From Parcubacteria group bacterium GW2011_GWC2_42_12 (GTDB lineage: Bacteria > Patescibacteriota > Patescibacteriia > Patescibacteriales > GWC2-42-12), in contig LCCP01000002.1 in the NCBI GenBank assembly GCA_000997945.1, positions 14,284 to 78,283 of the forward strand: a DNA stretch of 64,000 bases, written 5' to 3'. Made by a program: the position numbers and the translations under genes. Below are positions 45,981 through 56,600 of this stretch, in pieces. The notes under the pieces are model-generated. The model ran no database searches. It saw nothing but the letters and a program-made list of their open reading frames with translations, and had not been told where the DNA came from. Each line of letters opens with the position of its first letter. The first letter of the stretch is position 1.

Positions 45981-46544
45981 ATGGTAAAAAACTTTTTTGC
46001 TTATGTTTTTGAATTAGTTAAGGTAGTAGTGATTTCTTTAGCCATTATTATTCCGATAAGATATTATTTGATTCAGCCCTTTTACGTCAAAGGCGCTTCC
46101 ATGGAACCGAATTTCTATGATAAGGAGTATTTAATTATTGACGAAATTAGCTATCGTTTTCATGAGCCGGCTAGAGGGGATATCGTAGTTTTTCGCTATC
46201 CCAGAAATCCGGAAGAATTTTTTATAAAAAGAGTCATCGGTTTGCCCGGAGAGAGAATTCAGGTTAAAGACGGGTTTATTTATATTTATAATCAAGAGCA
46301 TCAAGACGGCGCTCAGCTGGCAGAGAAATATTTGCCGGCAGATTTAAGGACTTATGCTTTGAATGATGAAATTACAACCTTAAACGATGGCGAGTATTAT
46401 GTTTTAGGCGATAACCGCAACTCGTCAAAAGATTCCCGGAGTTTCGGCGCGGTCGATAAAAAATTTATTACCGGCAAGGCGCTATTGCGCGGTTGGCCGT
46501 TTAATCGGATAGATGTTTTTTCCGCGCCGCAGTATAGCTACTAA
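45981..46544 (+). CDS. lepB: Signal peptidase I
   Basis: GASMEP, IKRVIGLPG, GDNRNSSKDSR. Confidence 0.96.
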   Translation: MVKNFFAYVFELVKVVVISLAIIIPIRYYLIQPFYVKGASMEPNFYDKEYLIIDEISYRFHEPARGDIVVFRYPRNPEEFFIKRVIGLPGERIQVKDGFIYIYNQEHQDGAQLAEKYLPADLRTYALNDEITTLNDGEYYVLGDNRNSSKDSRSFGAVDKKFITGKALLRGWPFNRIDVFSAPQYSY

Positions 46545-46560
46545 AAAATTATAATAGCTT

Positions 46561-46686
46561 GCCATTGCGAGCTTCTGTAAGAAGCGAAGTAATCTCACGA
46601 ACGAATAGTATAAATCAAAATGGCGATTTTTAATTAATATTTGTTGTCTGTGAGATTGCTTCGTCGCGAACGCTCCTCGCAATGAC
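46561..46686. repeat. GTCATTGCGAG-family element
   Basis: Both arms (left arm GCCATTGCGAG). Confidence 0.8.
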
Positions 46687-46696
46687 ATAATATGTT

Positions 46697-48085
46697 ATGC
46701 CAAAAATGTTTAAGAAAAAAGAAGAAGAAAAAGTTTTTAAGGTTAGGCGCGGTAAGTTTGTTTCTCGCCTGCGGGGGATGAAAGATATTCTGCCGGATGA
46801 GTATAAATATTGGAATTTAGTCATTAAAAAAGCTTCGGAATTATCCAAGGCCTATGGCTTTAGGCGCGTTGATACGCCGGTTTTAGAGAGCTGGGAATTA
46901 TTTGAACGTTCCAGCGGCCGCAGTTCGGATGTTGTGACTAAGGAGATGTTTTCTTTTATTGATAAAAATAATGATAAGATCGCGCTCCGGCCGGAAGCGA
47001 CTCCGGGAATTGTCCGGGCCTACATTGAACATGGCATGTTTAACCTGCCGCAGCCGGTAAAATTGTTTTGGCTCGGTCCGGTCTTTAGGCATGATAAGCC
47101 GCAAGCCGGGCGTTTCCGGCAATTCAGCCAATTTAATTTAGAAAATATCGGCGAGCCCAGCCCGGTGGCCGATGCCGAATTGATCGCCGTCACTTATTAT
47201 TTTTTCCGCGAGCTGCAGATTGACGTCACTATTCAGATTAACAGCATCGGCTGCCCTTTATGCCGCAAGGATTATTTAGTAAAATTGGAAAATTTCTATA
47301 AAGAGCGCGGACGCCGAGTTAAATTATGCCATGATTGCAAAAAGAGGTTGATTAAAAATCCTTTGCGTTTGCTTGATTGCAAAGAAAAGCTTTGCGTGGA
47401 AATGGCTTCTGAGGCGCCGCAAATTGTTGACGGGCTGTGCGATGATTGCCGCAACCATTTTATAAAAGTTTTGGAATATTTGGATGAGCTGGATATGCCA
47501 TATAATTTACATTCAACCCTGGTCAGGGGTTTGGATTATTATAACCGCACGGTCTTTGAAATTTGGCCGACGCCGGCGGAAAGCCAAGCGACTAAGTCAG
47601 CCGATGCGGCAGCGCCTAAGAAGGATGAACTGCCCAGGCAAGCCGCTTTGGGCGGTGGCGGCCGCTATGACGGTTTGGTAGAATACATGGGCGGACGGCC
47701 AACCCCGGCTTGCGGTTTCGCTATCGGCTTAGAAAGAGTGATTTTAAAAATCAAAGAAAAAAATATTCCTTTGCAAGACGAGGAAAAAGGCGATATCTTT
47801 TTAGCCCAGCTAGGCGATCAGGCCAGAAGGAAGATTATGAAGTTATTTGAAGTTTTGCGCAAAGCCGGCTTTAACACGCGCCAAGCGTTTACTAAGGACA
47901 GCTTAAAGAGCCAATTGGAAATAGCCAATAAAATGGGAGTAAAATACACTTTGATTTTAGGCCAGAAAGAAATTATGGACGGCACCATTTTAATTCGCGA
48001 TATGGAATCCGGCATTCAGGAGATAATTGATTATAAGAAGATTGTGGCGGAAATTGAAAAAAGATTAGGCAATCCAGCCAAGTAA
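46697..48085 (+). CDS. hisS: Histidine--tRNA ligase
   Basis: RGMKD, LRPEAT, FRHDKPQAGRFRQF, LVRGLDYY, GGGRYDGL. Confidence 0.97.
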   Translation: MPKMFKKKEEEKVFKVRRGKFVSRLRGMKDILPDEYKYWNLVIKKASELSKAYGFRRVDTPVLESWELFERSSGRSSDVVTKEMFSFIDKNNDKIALRPEATPGIVRAYIEHGMFNLPQPVKLFWLGPVFRHDKPQAGRFRQFSQFNLENIGEPSPVADAELIAVTYYFFRELQIDVTIQINSIGCPLCRKDYLVKLENFYKERGRRVKLCHDCKKRLIKNPLRLLDCKEKLCVEMASEAPQIVDGLCDDCRNHFIKVLEYLDELDMPYNLHSTLVRGLDYYNRTVFEIWPTPAESQATKSADAAAPKKDELPRQAALGGGGRYDGLVEYMGGRPTPACGFAIGLERVILKIKEKNIPLQDEEKGDIFLAQLGDQARRKIMKLFEVLRKAGFNTRQAFTKDSLKSQLEIANKMGVKYTLILGQKEIMDGTILIRDMESGIQEIIDYKKIVAEIEKRLGNPAK

Positions 48086-48096
48086 TATTTTCGCTT

Positions 48097-48227
48097 GTCA
48101 TTGCGAGCGACTGTAAGGAGCGAAGCAATCTCGCGAACGGCAAAGAATAGCTATAATTAGTGTGGCGAGATTAATGAAATATAATCATACGTGAGATTGC
48201 TTCGTCGCAGAAGCTCCTCGCAATGAC
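48097..48227. repeat. GTCATTGCGAG-family element
   Basis: Both arms; spacer shared with the 11319, 41673, 48509 and 63256 copies. Confidence 0.85.
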
Positions 48228-48259
48228 AAATACTATAATCTAGGAAGGTAGGTGGATTT

Positions 48260-48496
48260 ATGGCAGAATTTAAAAGGAAAAAGGGTGAAAGTTTTGAAAG
48301 CTTCTTGAGAAGATTCAACAAGAAAATGCAACAAAGCGGTAAGTTATACTTGGCCCGCCAGATTCAGCATGTTCAGCCAAAAATCAATAAAACGCAGCAG
48401 CAAAAGCGCGCTTTAGTGGGGATGAAGCTAAAATCAAACCGGGAATATTTAAAGAAAATCGGCAAACTAAAAGAAGAGCCCAGGAAGCATTGGTAA
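48260..48496 (+). CDS. rpsU: 30S ribosomal protein S21
   Basis: KKGESFESFLRRFNKK; typical hisS-rpsU-yqeY context. Confidence 0.8.
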   Translation: MAEFKRKKGESFESFLRRFNKKMQQSGKLYLARQIQHVQPKINKTQQQKRALVGMKLKSNREYLKKIGKLKEEPRKHW

Positions 48497-48508
48497 ATAT
48501 TTTTAATT

Positions 48509-48687
48509 GTCATTGCGAGTCCCGACGCTTTGGTTGGGACGAAGCAATTTCACGAACGGCCAAGAATAATCATAATTATATTATAGCGAAGTTTAATGGA
48601 ATGTAGATATGCGTGAGATTGTCATGGCTACGCCAGATCTCGCGTAGCGATGACCGCGTCGGACGAGTACGGCCTCCTCGCAATGAC
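48509..48687. repeat. GTCATTGCGAG-family element
   Basis: Both arms; nested GCTACGCCAGATCTCGCGTAGC in the right arm. Confidence 0.85.
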
Positions 48688-48699
48688 AGCGTAAAATAT

Positions 48700-49149
48700 A
48701 TGGCTAAATTATTAGAACAAATTAGTCAAGATTTAAAGCAAGCCATGAAAGCGAGAGAAGCCGAGACCATGTCCGTTTTAAGAATGTTGATCGCAGCCGC
48801 GCGCAATAAAGAAATAACTTTACGGAAAAATGGCAAAGCCGAATTGTCGGACGAGCAGGCTGTTGAAGTTATCGCCAGCGAAATTAAGAAGCGCCGAGAC
48901 TCCGTCGCAGCTTATACTCATGGCAACCGACCCGAGCTAGCCGATAAGGAAAGCGCGGAAATAAAGATTATAGAAAAATACTTGCCCGAACAACTAGGCG
49001 ATGAAGATCTGGAAAAGGTGATTAAAGAAGTAATTGCCACTGGCGCTACGGATTACGGCAGGGTCATGGGCCAAACCATGGCTAAGGTCAAGGGCAAGGC
49101 CTCGGGCGTGAAAGTCGGGGAGTTAGTGAAAAAATTATTGGCGAAATAA
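48700..49149 (+). CDS. yqeY: GatB/YqeY domain protein
   Basis: True ATG 48700; DLKQAMKA, KKRRDS, YLPEQL, GRVMG. Confidence 0.9.
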   Translation: MAKLLEQISQDLKQAMKAREAETMSVLRMLIAAARNKEITLRKNGKAELSDEQAVEVIASEIKKRRDSVAAYTHGNRPELADKESAEIKIIEKYLPEQLGDEDLEKVIKEVIATGATDYGRVMGQTMAKVKGKASGVKVGELVKKLLAK

Positions 49150-49161
49150 ATCGTGATATAT

Positions 49162-49212
49162 AAAAAAACAATCCAGCCCCAGTTTAAAAAACTGGAGCTG
49201 GATTGTTTTTTT
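49162..49212. terminator. Bidirectional terminator built around a repeat-derived hairpin
   Basis: AAAAAAACAATCCAGC...GCTGGATTGTTTTTTT; core nearly identical to the nested palindrome at ~41819. Confidence 0.7.
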
Positions 49213-49219
49213 ATATTTT

Positions 49220-50689
49220 CTATTTTATATTCGGCAACAACCTCTTGATGTTATCTATCATGGTATTTTTTAAATTTTGCTTGATTTTATCTCGGGCCGT
49301 GGAGGTTTTAACGAATTTAAGCCAGTCGCGGTTCGGTCCCTGACGTTTCTTTTCCGTAATTATTTCTACTAAATCGCCGTTTTTTAGCTCGGCATCCAGG
49401 GGCATAATTTTATCATTAACCATGGCGCCAACCGCTTGATTGCCGATGGCCGTGTGCACGGTGTAAGCGAAATCAATCGGCGTGGCGCCCTCGGGCAGAT
49501 CAAAGACATCGCCCTTGGGCGAAAAAACAAAAATTCGGTCATGGAAAATATTGAATTTTATTTGTTTGATGAAGTCGTGCGCGTCTTCGGTTTCTTTTTG
49601 GATTTTTAAAACTTCTTTGATCCAGGCCGGCTGGGTTCTTAGACTATTGTCGCCCTTGGTTTTCATTTTGTAATACCAATGGGCGGCGATGCCGTACTTG
49701 GCCCCTTCGTCCATCTCCTTAGTCCGGATTTGAAATTCGGTGGGTTTGCCTTCGGGCCCGAAAACCGTGGTATGAAGTGAGCGGTAACCGTTTGGCTTAG
49801 GCACGGCGATGTAATCTTTAAAACGATCTGGGTTCGGGCGCCAGAGCGAATGGATCAGCCCTAAGACTTTATAGCAATTAGCGATATCGGGGACAATAAC
49901 TCTTAAAGCGAAGACATCATAGATCTCGTCAAATTTCCGATTCTTTTTTTGCATTTTTTGGTGAATGCTGTAAAGCGGTTTAAAGCGGCTATCTAACTCA
50001 TAAGGAGTGCCGGCTTCGCGGAGCTTAGCGCTTAGGATATTTTTAACTTTTTGAATATATTGATTATTGGCAAACTTTTTTTTCACTTCATAGATATATT
50101 CAAGCTTCTTGTACTCTTCCGGGGAAAGATGCTGAAAGCAGAGATCTTCCATTTGCCATTTTAACCGCCAGATACCAAGGAGGCCGGCGATAGGAGCATA
50201 AATCTCCAAAGTTTCTTTGGCGATGCGCTGCCGTTTTTCCAGCGGCAGAGATTTTAAAGTTTTAAGATTGTGCAAGCGATCGGCAAATTTAATTAAGATT
50301 ACTCGGAGGTCGCGAGCCATGGCCAGAAACATCTTGCGCAAACTCTCGCGATAGCGTTCAACGCCGCGGTATTTGATTTTACTTAATTTGGTAATACCCT
50401 CTACCAATGTGGCTACTTCGGAACCGAAATTTTTTTTAATGTCCGCCAAGCCGTACTCGGTGTCCTCGGGGATGTCATGTAATAGACCGGCCATGACGGT
50501 TGCCAGGTCGGCTTTAATTTGCGCTAAAACAAAGGCCGTGTGCAAGCAGTGCTGGATATAGGGTTCGCCATTTTTTCTTTTTTGTCCGCCATGAGCTTTA
50601 AGCGCGAATTCAAACGCCAACTCCAGCATGGTAGTATCCGCTTTAGGGTGATTTTCTTTAAATTTATTAATGATTTGATTTATGGTCAT
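49220..50689 (-). CDS. RelA/SpoT-family (p)ppGpp synthetase/hydrolase (HD-SYN-TGS, no ACT)
   Basis: GQKRKNGEPYIQH, LLHD.PEDT, KDYIAVPKPNGYRSLHT, EFQIRT, TPIDFAY. Confidence 0.93.
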   Translation of the reverse strand: MTINQIINKFKENHPKADTTMLELAFEFALKAHGGQKRKNGEPYIQHCLHTAFVLAQIKADLATVMAGLLHDIPEDTEYGLADIKKNFGSEVATLVEGITKLSKIKYRGVERYRESLRKMFLAMARDLRVILIKFADRLHNLKTLKSLPLEKRQRIAKETLEIYAPIAGLLGIWRLKWQMEDLCFQHLSPEEYKKLEYIYEVKKKFANNQYIQKVKNILSAKLREAGTPYELDSRFKPLYSIHQKMQKKNRKFDEIYDVFALRVIVPDIANCYKVLGLIHSLWRPNPDRFKDYIAVPKPNGYRSLHTTVFGPEGKPTEFQIRTKEMDEGAKYGIAAHWYYKMKTKGDNSLRTQPAWIKEVLKIQKETEDAHDFIKQIKFNIFHDRIFVFSPKGDVFDLPEGATPIDFAYTVHTAIGNQAVGAMVNDKIMPLDAELKNGDLVEIITEKKRQGPNRDWLKFVKTSTARDKIKQNLKNTMIDNIKRLLPNIK

Positions 50690-50786
50690 GGTTATTTGCT
50701 TTTGTTAGGTTGTTGATGTTATAATATTATTACAAAACTGTGGAGAAGTCAAAGAGAATGATAAGGATAAAATTATTATTTTTCCC

Positions 50787-53618
50787 ATGCTTACTCGGCC
50801 AAAATATCCTAGAATTTTGCAGCTAGCTGTCTATTTGTTTATCGCGACAACAGCTATTTTTTTATTGGTCCCGCTAAGCGGGATTTTAGCCGCTAATCTG
50901 GATGTTGGCTTAGAGTACGCGGCCGGCACCGGTTTAAGCAATGCTTTAGACATTAGAATAATAATCGCTCGGATTATTAGGATTGCTCTGGGCTTTTTAG
51001 GCATCATCGCGGTGGGCCTAGTTATGTATGCCGGCTTCCTGTGGATGACCAGCGGCGGCAATGAAGAAAAGATTGAGCAGGCGAAAAAGATATTGCAAAA
51101 CGCGGTTATCGGCTTAATTATCATTCTCATCTCTTTCGCGATCGTCAGTTTTATTTTAAATCTACTGATCGGCGCGACCACTGGCGGCCAGAACGGTCCG
51201 GGTAGCGGGCCACCAAGTCGTTACGGCTTATCGGCTTTAGGCAATGGCATTATTCAATCGCATTACCCGGCTCGTGATCAGAAAGAAGTGCCGCGGAATA
51301 CCAGCATTATTATTTCGTTTAGGGAACCGATGAAAGCCGATACTTTATGCGTTAATCCTATCTCTCAAGGGACAGGCAATCCAGATAAATGTGAAGGGGA
51401 TAAAAATACAACCAAGGGCGATATTAATACAAGTGTAATTGGGATTTTTAAGAAAAGCGACGAAGATAAGTGTATCGATAATAATTTGCCTTTAGCTAGC
51501 TGTCCTTCTTTTGTCAGCGCTGAAGTTTATTCGACTCCTGACGGCAAAACTTTTGTTTTCGTGCCGAATAACTATTTAGGTTCGCCCTCGGAATACATTA
51601 ATTATACGGTTTATTTAGGCAAGGGCTTATTAAGACAGACAGGAGATTTGGCTTTTCCCAGCGGATTTGCAAAAGATTATGGCTGGAGTTTTGAAGTAAG
51701 CAATAAAATTGATTTGACGCCGCCGCAAGTTAACCCGAACGGCGTGTTTCCTCCGCCGGATAATCTAAAAGACATAACGGTGCCGGGAGTCGGCGCGCAA
51801 GCAAGAGGCACGATTATGGTTAATTCGCCGCGGTTTTATAGCGGCGCTTCGGTGTCTGGCATAACTCCGGCAGCCAGCGTGAGTATTAGTGAAAATTGCC
51901 AACAAGATGGAGATTTTAGCATAAATATTGCCAGTATTGCCAATGGTTTGGTTGCCACTCTATACCAAGGCACTTTTGATCCTAATAATCCGATTAATTT
52001 CATTAAGCTTGGTCAAGGAGTAATTAATGGTCAAACTGTTACTTTTTCTTCATGCAATCTAAGATTAACGATTGGCTCCGGTAATTTTGGCGCAGGAAAT
52101 TTATGGACATTTACTATAAATCCGATGATCACCGCCGATACCATAACCGTTGGCAATATAACTTATACTGCCAGCGACGCATCAGGGATCAATAATTTTG
52201 TAGTCGGATCAACAAATTTGACTACCGCTCAGAACATAAGGAATGTTTTAGGAGCCAATCCGGAGGTGGACATAGTGGTCGGAACGGATGATGTCGTTAC
52301 CATTAAAGCTAAACTCGCCGGCGCGGCCGGTAATAGCATCAATTTATCAAGCAGTAATGCCACGAGACTGCCGGTCGTTGCTATGGACGGCGGAGCCGAC
52401 AAAGTAGATAGGGTGACGGTTAACGGCAAAAAAGATCAACCCATGAACTCGGCTCTGCAGATTAATTTCAATGAAGCCATCATGCCGTTAACGGTTTCCG
52501 GCACCAGCGCCGAAGTTAAAGATTTTATTAGAGTGGTTAATGAAGGAGGGACTAAAATCGCCGGAGTAGTATGTACGGAAAATTATGAGTGCTTGTCTTA
52601 TAGATGCGAAGGATCGTCTGGCAATAAAGCATGTGTTACTAGCGATGCTCTAAAATCGGATGGCGATTCCTGTCAGTCTGACGGACAATGTTTATCGTAT
52701 AAATGTGAAAGTAGTAAATGCGTTGGTGATTCTTTGGCTGGCAAATTCGCGGTTTCCAATCAATATCAGACGGTGGAATTTTTATCCGATAAAGAGTGCG
52801 GTTTTAATTCCTGCGGCGAGAAGATTTATTGTTTGCCGGCCAATAGCCATTTAAGGGTTGAATTAAAAGCAGCCAAACTGGTTGACTGCGGCACTGACAA
52901 TTGCGCCAGCAAGAGCCCTTTTAATACTTGCGATTCGGGCAAACCGGCCTGTAAAGATGCCAATGATAAATATTATCCTCAGGCAGATCCGGCCAAGCTT
53001 ACGACGGTTGACGGCGGTATAACCGACGCGGCTTTTAATTCTCTGGATGGCAATCGTGACGGTTCGGCTTATGGTCCGGCGAGTTTTTATAATGAAAATA
53101 TACCGCCAACGGTACCGCCAGCGACTGACGGAGATAATTTTAAATGGTCATTTTTCATCAGTGATGTGCTTGATTTAATTCCGCCGAAGATCAAAGACAC
53201 GATACCAATATTAAAGGATCCGTTGCCGGTTAATTTAACTGACAGGATTACTATCAGCTTTGATAAAGTTATGTTGTCGTCACGCCTAACTACCGGAAGT
53301 TTAATGATTAAAAATGGCCAGCAGAATATACAACATTATTTGCTTAATTTAAGAAACCTTGCTGATCAACCCGTGGGCTATTGGGCGACCAATCTCGGGC
53401 AACTTAACGGAACCGGAGAGATAATTTCCACTGACGCCTATATCAATCATTCCTCATTTAACGCCAGTTCAACTTATAAAGCGCAAGCCGGCTCGGGCTT
53501 AAAGGATATTTATCAAAATTGTTTCTTGCCTTGCGCCAGCGAGTCTGGTGTTTGCGCCGGAGTTGATAGCCAAGAGCCATGCTGTTGCAATGGCACTCCG
53601 GCCGCGAGCTGTCCATAG
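50787..53618 (+). CDS. Large pilin-anchored surface protein (T4SS-pilin N-terminus, Ig-like Big_5-type domains, Cys-rich inserts)
   Basis: LGFLGIIAV...AGFLWMTSGGNEEKIEQAKKILQNAVIGL; YPARDQKEVPRNTSIIISF..PM; DLTPPQV. Confidence 0.85.
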   Translation: MLTRPKYPRILQLAVYLFIATTAIFLLVPLSGILAANLDVGLEYAAGTGLSNALDIRIIIARIIRIALGFLGIIAVGLVMYAGFLWMTSGGNEEKIEQAKKILQNAVIGLIIILISFAIVSFILNLLIGATTGGQNGPGSGPPSRYGLSALGNGIIQSHYPARDQKEVPRNTSIIISFREPMKADTLCVNPISQGTGNPDKCEGDKNTTKGDINTSVIGIFKKSDEDKCIDNNLPLASCPSFVSAEVYSTPDGKTFVFVPNNYLGSPSEYINYTVYLGKGLLRQTGDLAFPSGFAKDYGWSFEVSNKIDLTPPQVNPNGVFPPPDNLKDITVPGVGAQARGTIMVNSPRFYSGASVSGITPAASVSISENCQQDGDFSINIASIANGLVATLYQGTFDPNNPINFIKLGQGVINGQTVTFSSCNLRLTIGSGNFGAGNLWTFTINPMITADTITVGNITYTASDASGINNFVVGSTNLTTAQNIRNVLGANPEVDIVVGTDDVVTIKAKLAGAAGNSINLSSSNATRLPVVAMDGGADKVDRVTVNGKKDQPMNSALQINFNEAIMPLTVSGTSAEVKDFIRVVNEGGTKIAGVVCTENYECLSYRCEGSSGNKACVTSDALKSDGDSCQSDGQCLSYKCESSKCVGDSLAGKFAVSNQYQTVEFLSDKECGFNSCGEKIYCLPANSHLRVELKAAKLVDCGTDNCASKSPFNTCDSGKPACKDANDKYYPQADPAKLTTVDGGITDAAFNSLDGNRDGSAYGPASFYNENIPPTVPPATDGDNFKWSFFISDVLDLIPPKIKDTIPILKDPLPVNLTDRITISFDKVMLSSRLTTGSLMIKNGQQNIQHYLLNLRNLADQPVGYWATNLGQLNGTGEIISTDAYINHSSFNASSTYKAQAGSGLKDIYQNCFLPCASESGVCAGVDSQEPCCCNGTPAASCP

Positions 53619-53619
53619 A

Positions 53620-53698
53620 AATTAATTCAAAGTGGCAGGATTTAAGCAAAATTTTATGTTCGTGAGATTGCTTCGTCGCTGCCGCTCCTCGCAATGAC
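53620..53698. repeat. Right half of a GTCATTGCGAG element; its ATG serves as the apparent start of the next gene
   Basis: GAGATTGCTTCGTCGCTGCCGCTCCTCGCAATGAC; spacer reads EINSKWQDLSK. Confidence 0.75.
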
Positions 53699-56600
53699 AA
53701 AAATCATTAAAAAAATTCTGTTGATTGTTTGCTTGCTGATAGCGGTTTTCACCGTGGCTCATTTTGCTTTGGCGCTTGATGTGGGTCTAGATGAAGTATC
53801 TTCGGAAATTGGTTTAGCAGTGGTTGATCCGAGAATCATCGTGGCTCGAGTTATAAATATTATATTGGGGTTTTTAGGTATTATCGCGGTTGGTTTAATT
53901 ATTTACGCCGGCTGGTTGTGGATGACGGCGGCCGGTAATGAAGAAAGAATCCAGCAGGCCAAGAAAATTTTAATTAACGCGGTTATTGGTTTAGTAATTA
54001 TTCTCTCCAGTTTCGCCATCGCCAGTTTTATTCTTTCTAGGTTAATAGCGGCGACTAGCGGCGGATCAGGTGGCGGCGCCTGTGGCGGCGGTTCAACCTG
54101 CGCTCCTGATCAGCACTGTTGCTGGGATGTTTGCGTGCCTATCACTACTCCTTGCGGATCAATACCGCCCCCCGATTCCAACTCTTTTAGAATTATTTCA
54201 ACTATACCGAGGAATTTAGACGCTGGCGCGATAAGAAATGTGGTGATTAAAGCTTTCTTTAATAAAGCCGCGGATACGGTTAATTTAGATACCAATTTCA
54301 GAGTGGAAAAAATCGCTGATATTGATCCGGTAACAGGAGAGCCAACAGATCCGGCAGATCCAGGCTTACCGGCAATAATTACTAACGCCAGCAGGGCATT
54401 TGCCAATGGCGGCCGGGTGGTTACTTTTAAAGATACCACTGCTTGCGGCGACGAAAAAAATACACCCAATTGCTTTGCCGCCTGGAGCAAATTCAAGGTA
54501 ACGATTAACGGTAGCGCTAATCCCCTTAACGGCGCTAACGGTTTATTCTCAATTGATAATAAACCTCTAAGTTGCAGCGCCGGCTCAATCTGCCAATTTG
54601 TCTTTTCCACTAATAATTTAATTGATGCCAGCGGGCCGCAGGCCGGCATAGTGCCGACGCAGATCTGTAAAACTGAAGTTGGAGTTCCCATGAAGTCAGA
54701 TGCTAATACTGTTACGGGCTGGGGCCGTGATGATGTAGGTATTTCAGGGCTAAGTTTTTATCAGCAAAAGTTAATTCCGCTTCCGGCCGGAACCGAAATT
54801 CAAGCGCTAGTTGTACCGGGTAACGAAGAAAAATATCAGTCAGTTGAACATACTTATCTTACTACCGGCATGACCGTGGGCGATACTTATAAATTGAGAG
54901 TGGAAGCCGTTGATCTGGCCGATCAATTGGCTTCTAGTGATTTTTCTACCACGATCAGACCAGGCCATTGTTGTAATGGCATAAAAGACGGTACGGAAAC
55001 TGACATAGATTGCGGCGGTGTTGGTTTAGATAGATGCGGCGCCTGCGATGGCGCGGCTTGCGCGACCGATATCTCTATACCGACTAATAACAATAACTGT
55101 AGTGCCAATAATAATTTATGCGCTTCGCAATTTTGCACCTCGCAAAATTCTGGTGTGACATCGTGCCAAGATGCTGGCTATGCGGCTGGCACTACCAATT
55201 GCTGTCTCTGCCAGCGCCCGCCGGTTATCACCGGAGTTTTTCCGGTCGGCGGTTTTTGTTCAAACGATAATAATAAGACATGTTTAATTAATGGTGATTG
55301 TGGTACAGGTAATACCTGTAATACGAATACGCCTAACGGCGCGGTTGGCAATTTTGTCACTATCGTGGGCAGGAATTTTGGCGCTAAGCCATCATCAGCT
55401 GGTTCGGGCGTATTTTTTAGCGGCACGACGGCGGGAACTTGGGTGAAAGCTACGCTGGCCGATGATGATAGTCTGGGTAATAGTCATTGTACGGATAATG
55501 TTTGGAGCGACGGACAAATTATTGCTATTGTACCGGCGGGGACGGCGGGTAATCCGATTAAGAATAATAGTCCGATTAATTTTTTCGTCAATACTATTTC
55601 TCGGCCCGGCATCTGCGAGCTTACTCCGAATAGTGGAAAGACGAATGATCTAATTACTTATTATGGCATTGAACTAACTGGTAATAAAGCTTACTTTGGC
55701 AATTGGACAGCCAGCACTTCAGCTCTAAGTTCAATATTCACAGACGCAAGCGGTAAGCAGGGAACCGCCCAAGTTTCCAATATTCAAACCGGCCGAACTA
55801 CCAGCTTTGTCGCTAAGGGATTGGTTTTTAGCAATTATTTAAGTTTTACCAAAGAGCCGGAGCCATATAGCGGACCGGTAATTTCTTCTTTTGATCCAAA
55901 GCAGGGTTCGGCCGGGCAATATGTAACTATAAGTGGCCGAGGTTTTGGTAATACTAAGGGAGCGAGTGAGGTTTATTTTGGCACCGTTGCTGAAGATAAA
56001 AAAGCTGGTTACAATTTTCCGGCAATTTGCGCTGATTCAATTTGGAGCGATAAGCAGGTAATAGTTAAGGTACCGGCGAAGCTAAGCGATCCGGAAGTTA
56101 GAGGAAGTTATAAAATATCCATGAAGATTGCTAAGGGTGGTGGCCAATACTGGGAGATTGATACCAACTCTTTAAATCCATCACAATTTGATTTTAATCC
56201 AGCTCTGCCACTCGCGCCGAGTTTATGTAAGATTGAACCGATCATGGGACAGACCAATAGTCCTATAAGTTTGTGGGGCGAGTATTTTGGAGTAAATAGC
56301 GAAGATTATAGCAAGGTTAGATTTCAACTTAATCATGATCAGGTCGGCGCGGCTGTTACTTCTTGGGGCGTGGATCCGGAAGCAGTGCCAGCAGGCACTA
56401 GAAAACCGGACAAAGCCGTGACTACGGTTCATCAGGATACCGTAACCGGACCGGTTAAGGCGGTTAAGACCGAGGTAATTCAGGGCACTGCCAAGGAGTT
56501 AATAGGCAATGGTTTGAATTTTACGGTTGGCGTTTGCCAGAATACGGCAGAATGCGGTTCAGAAAGTTTATGTTGTTCGATCGGTACGCCTTACGCCGGA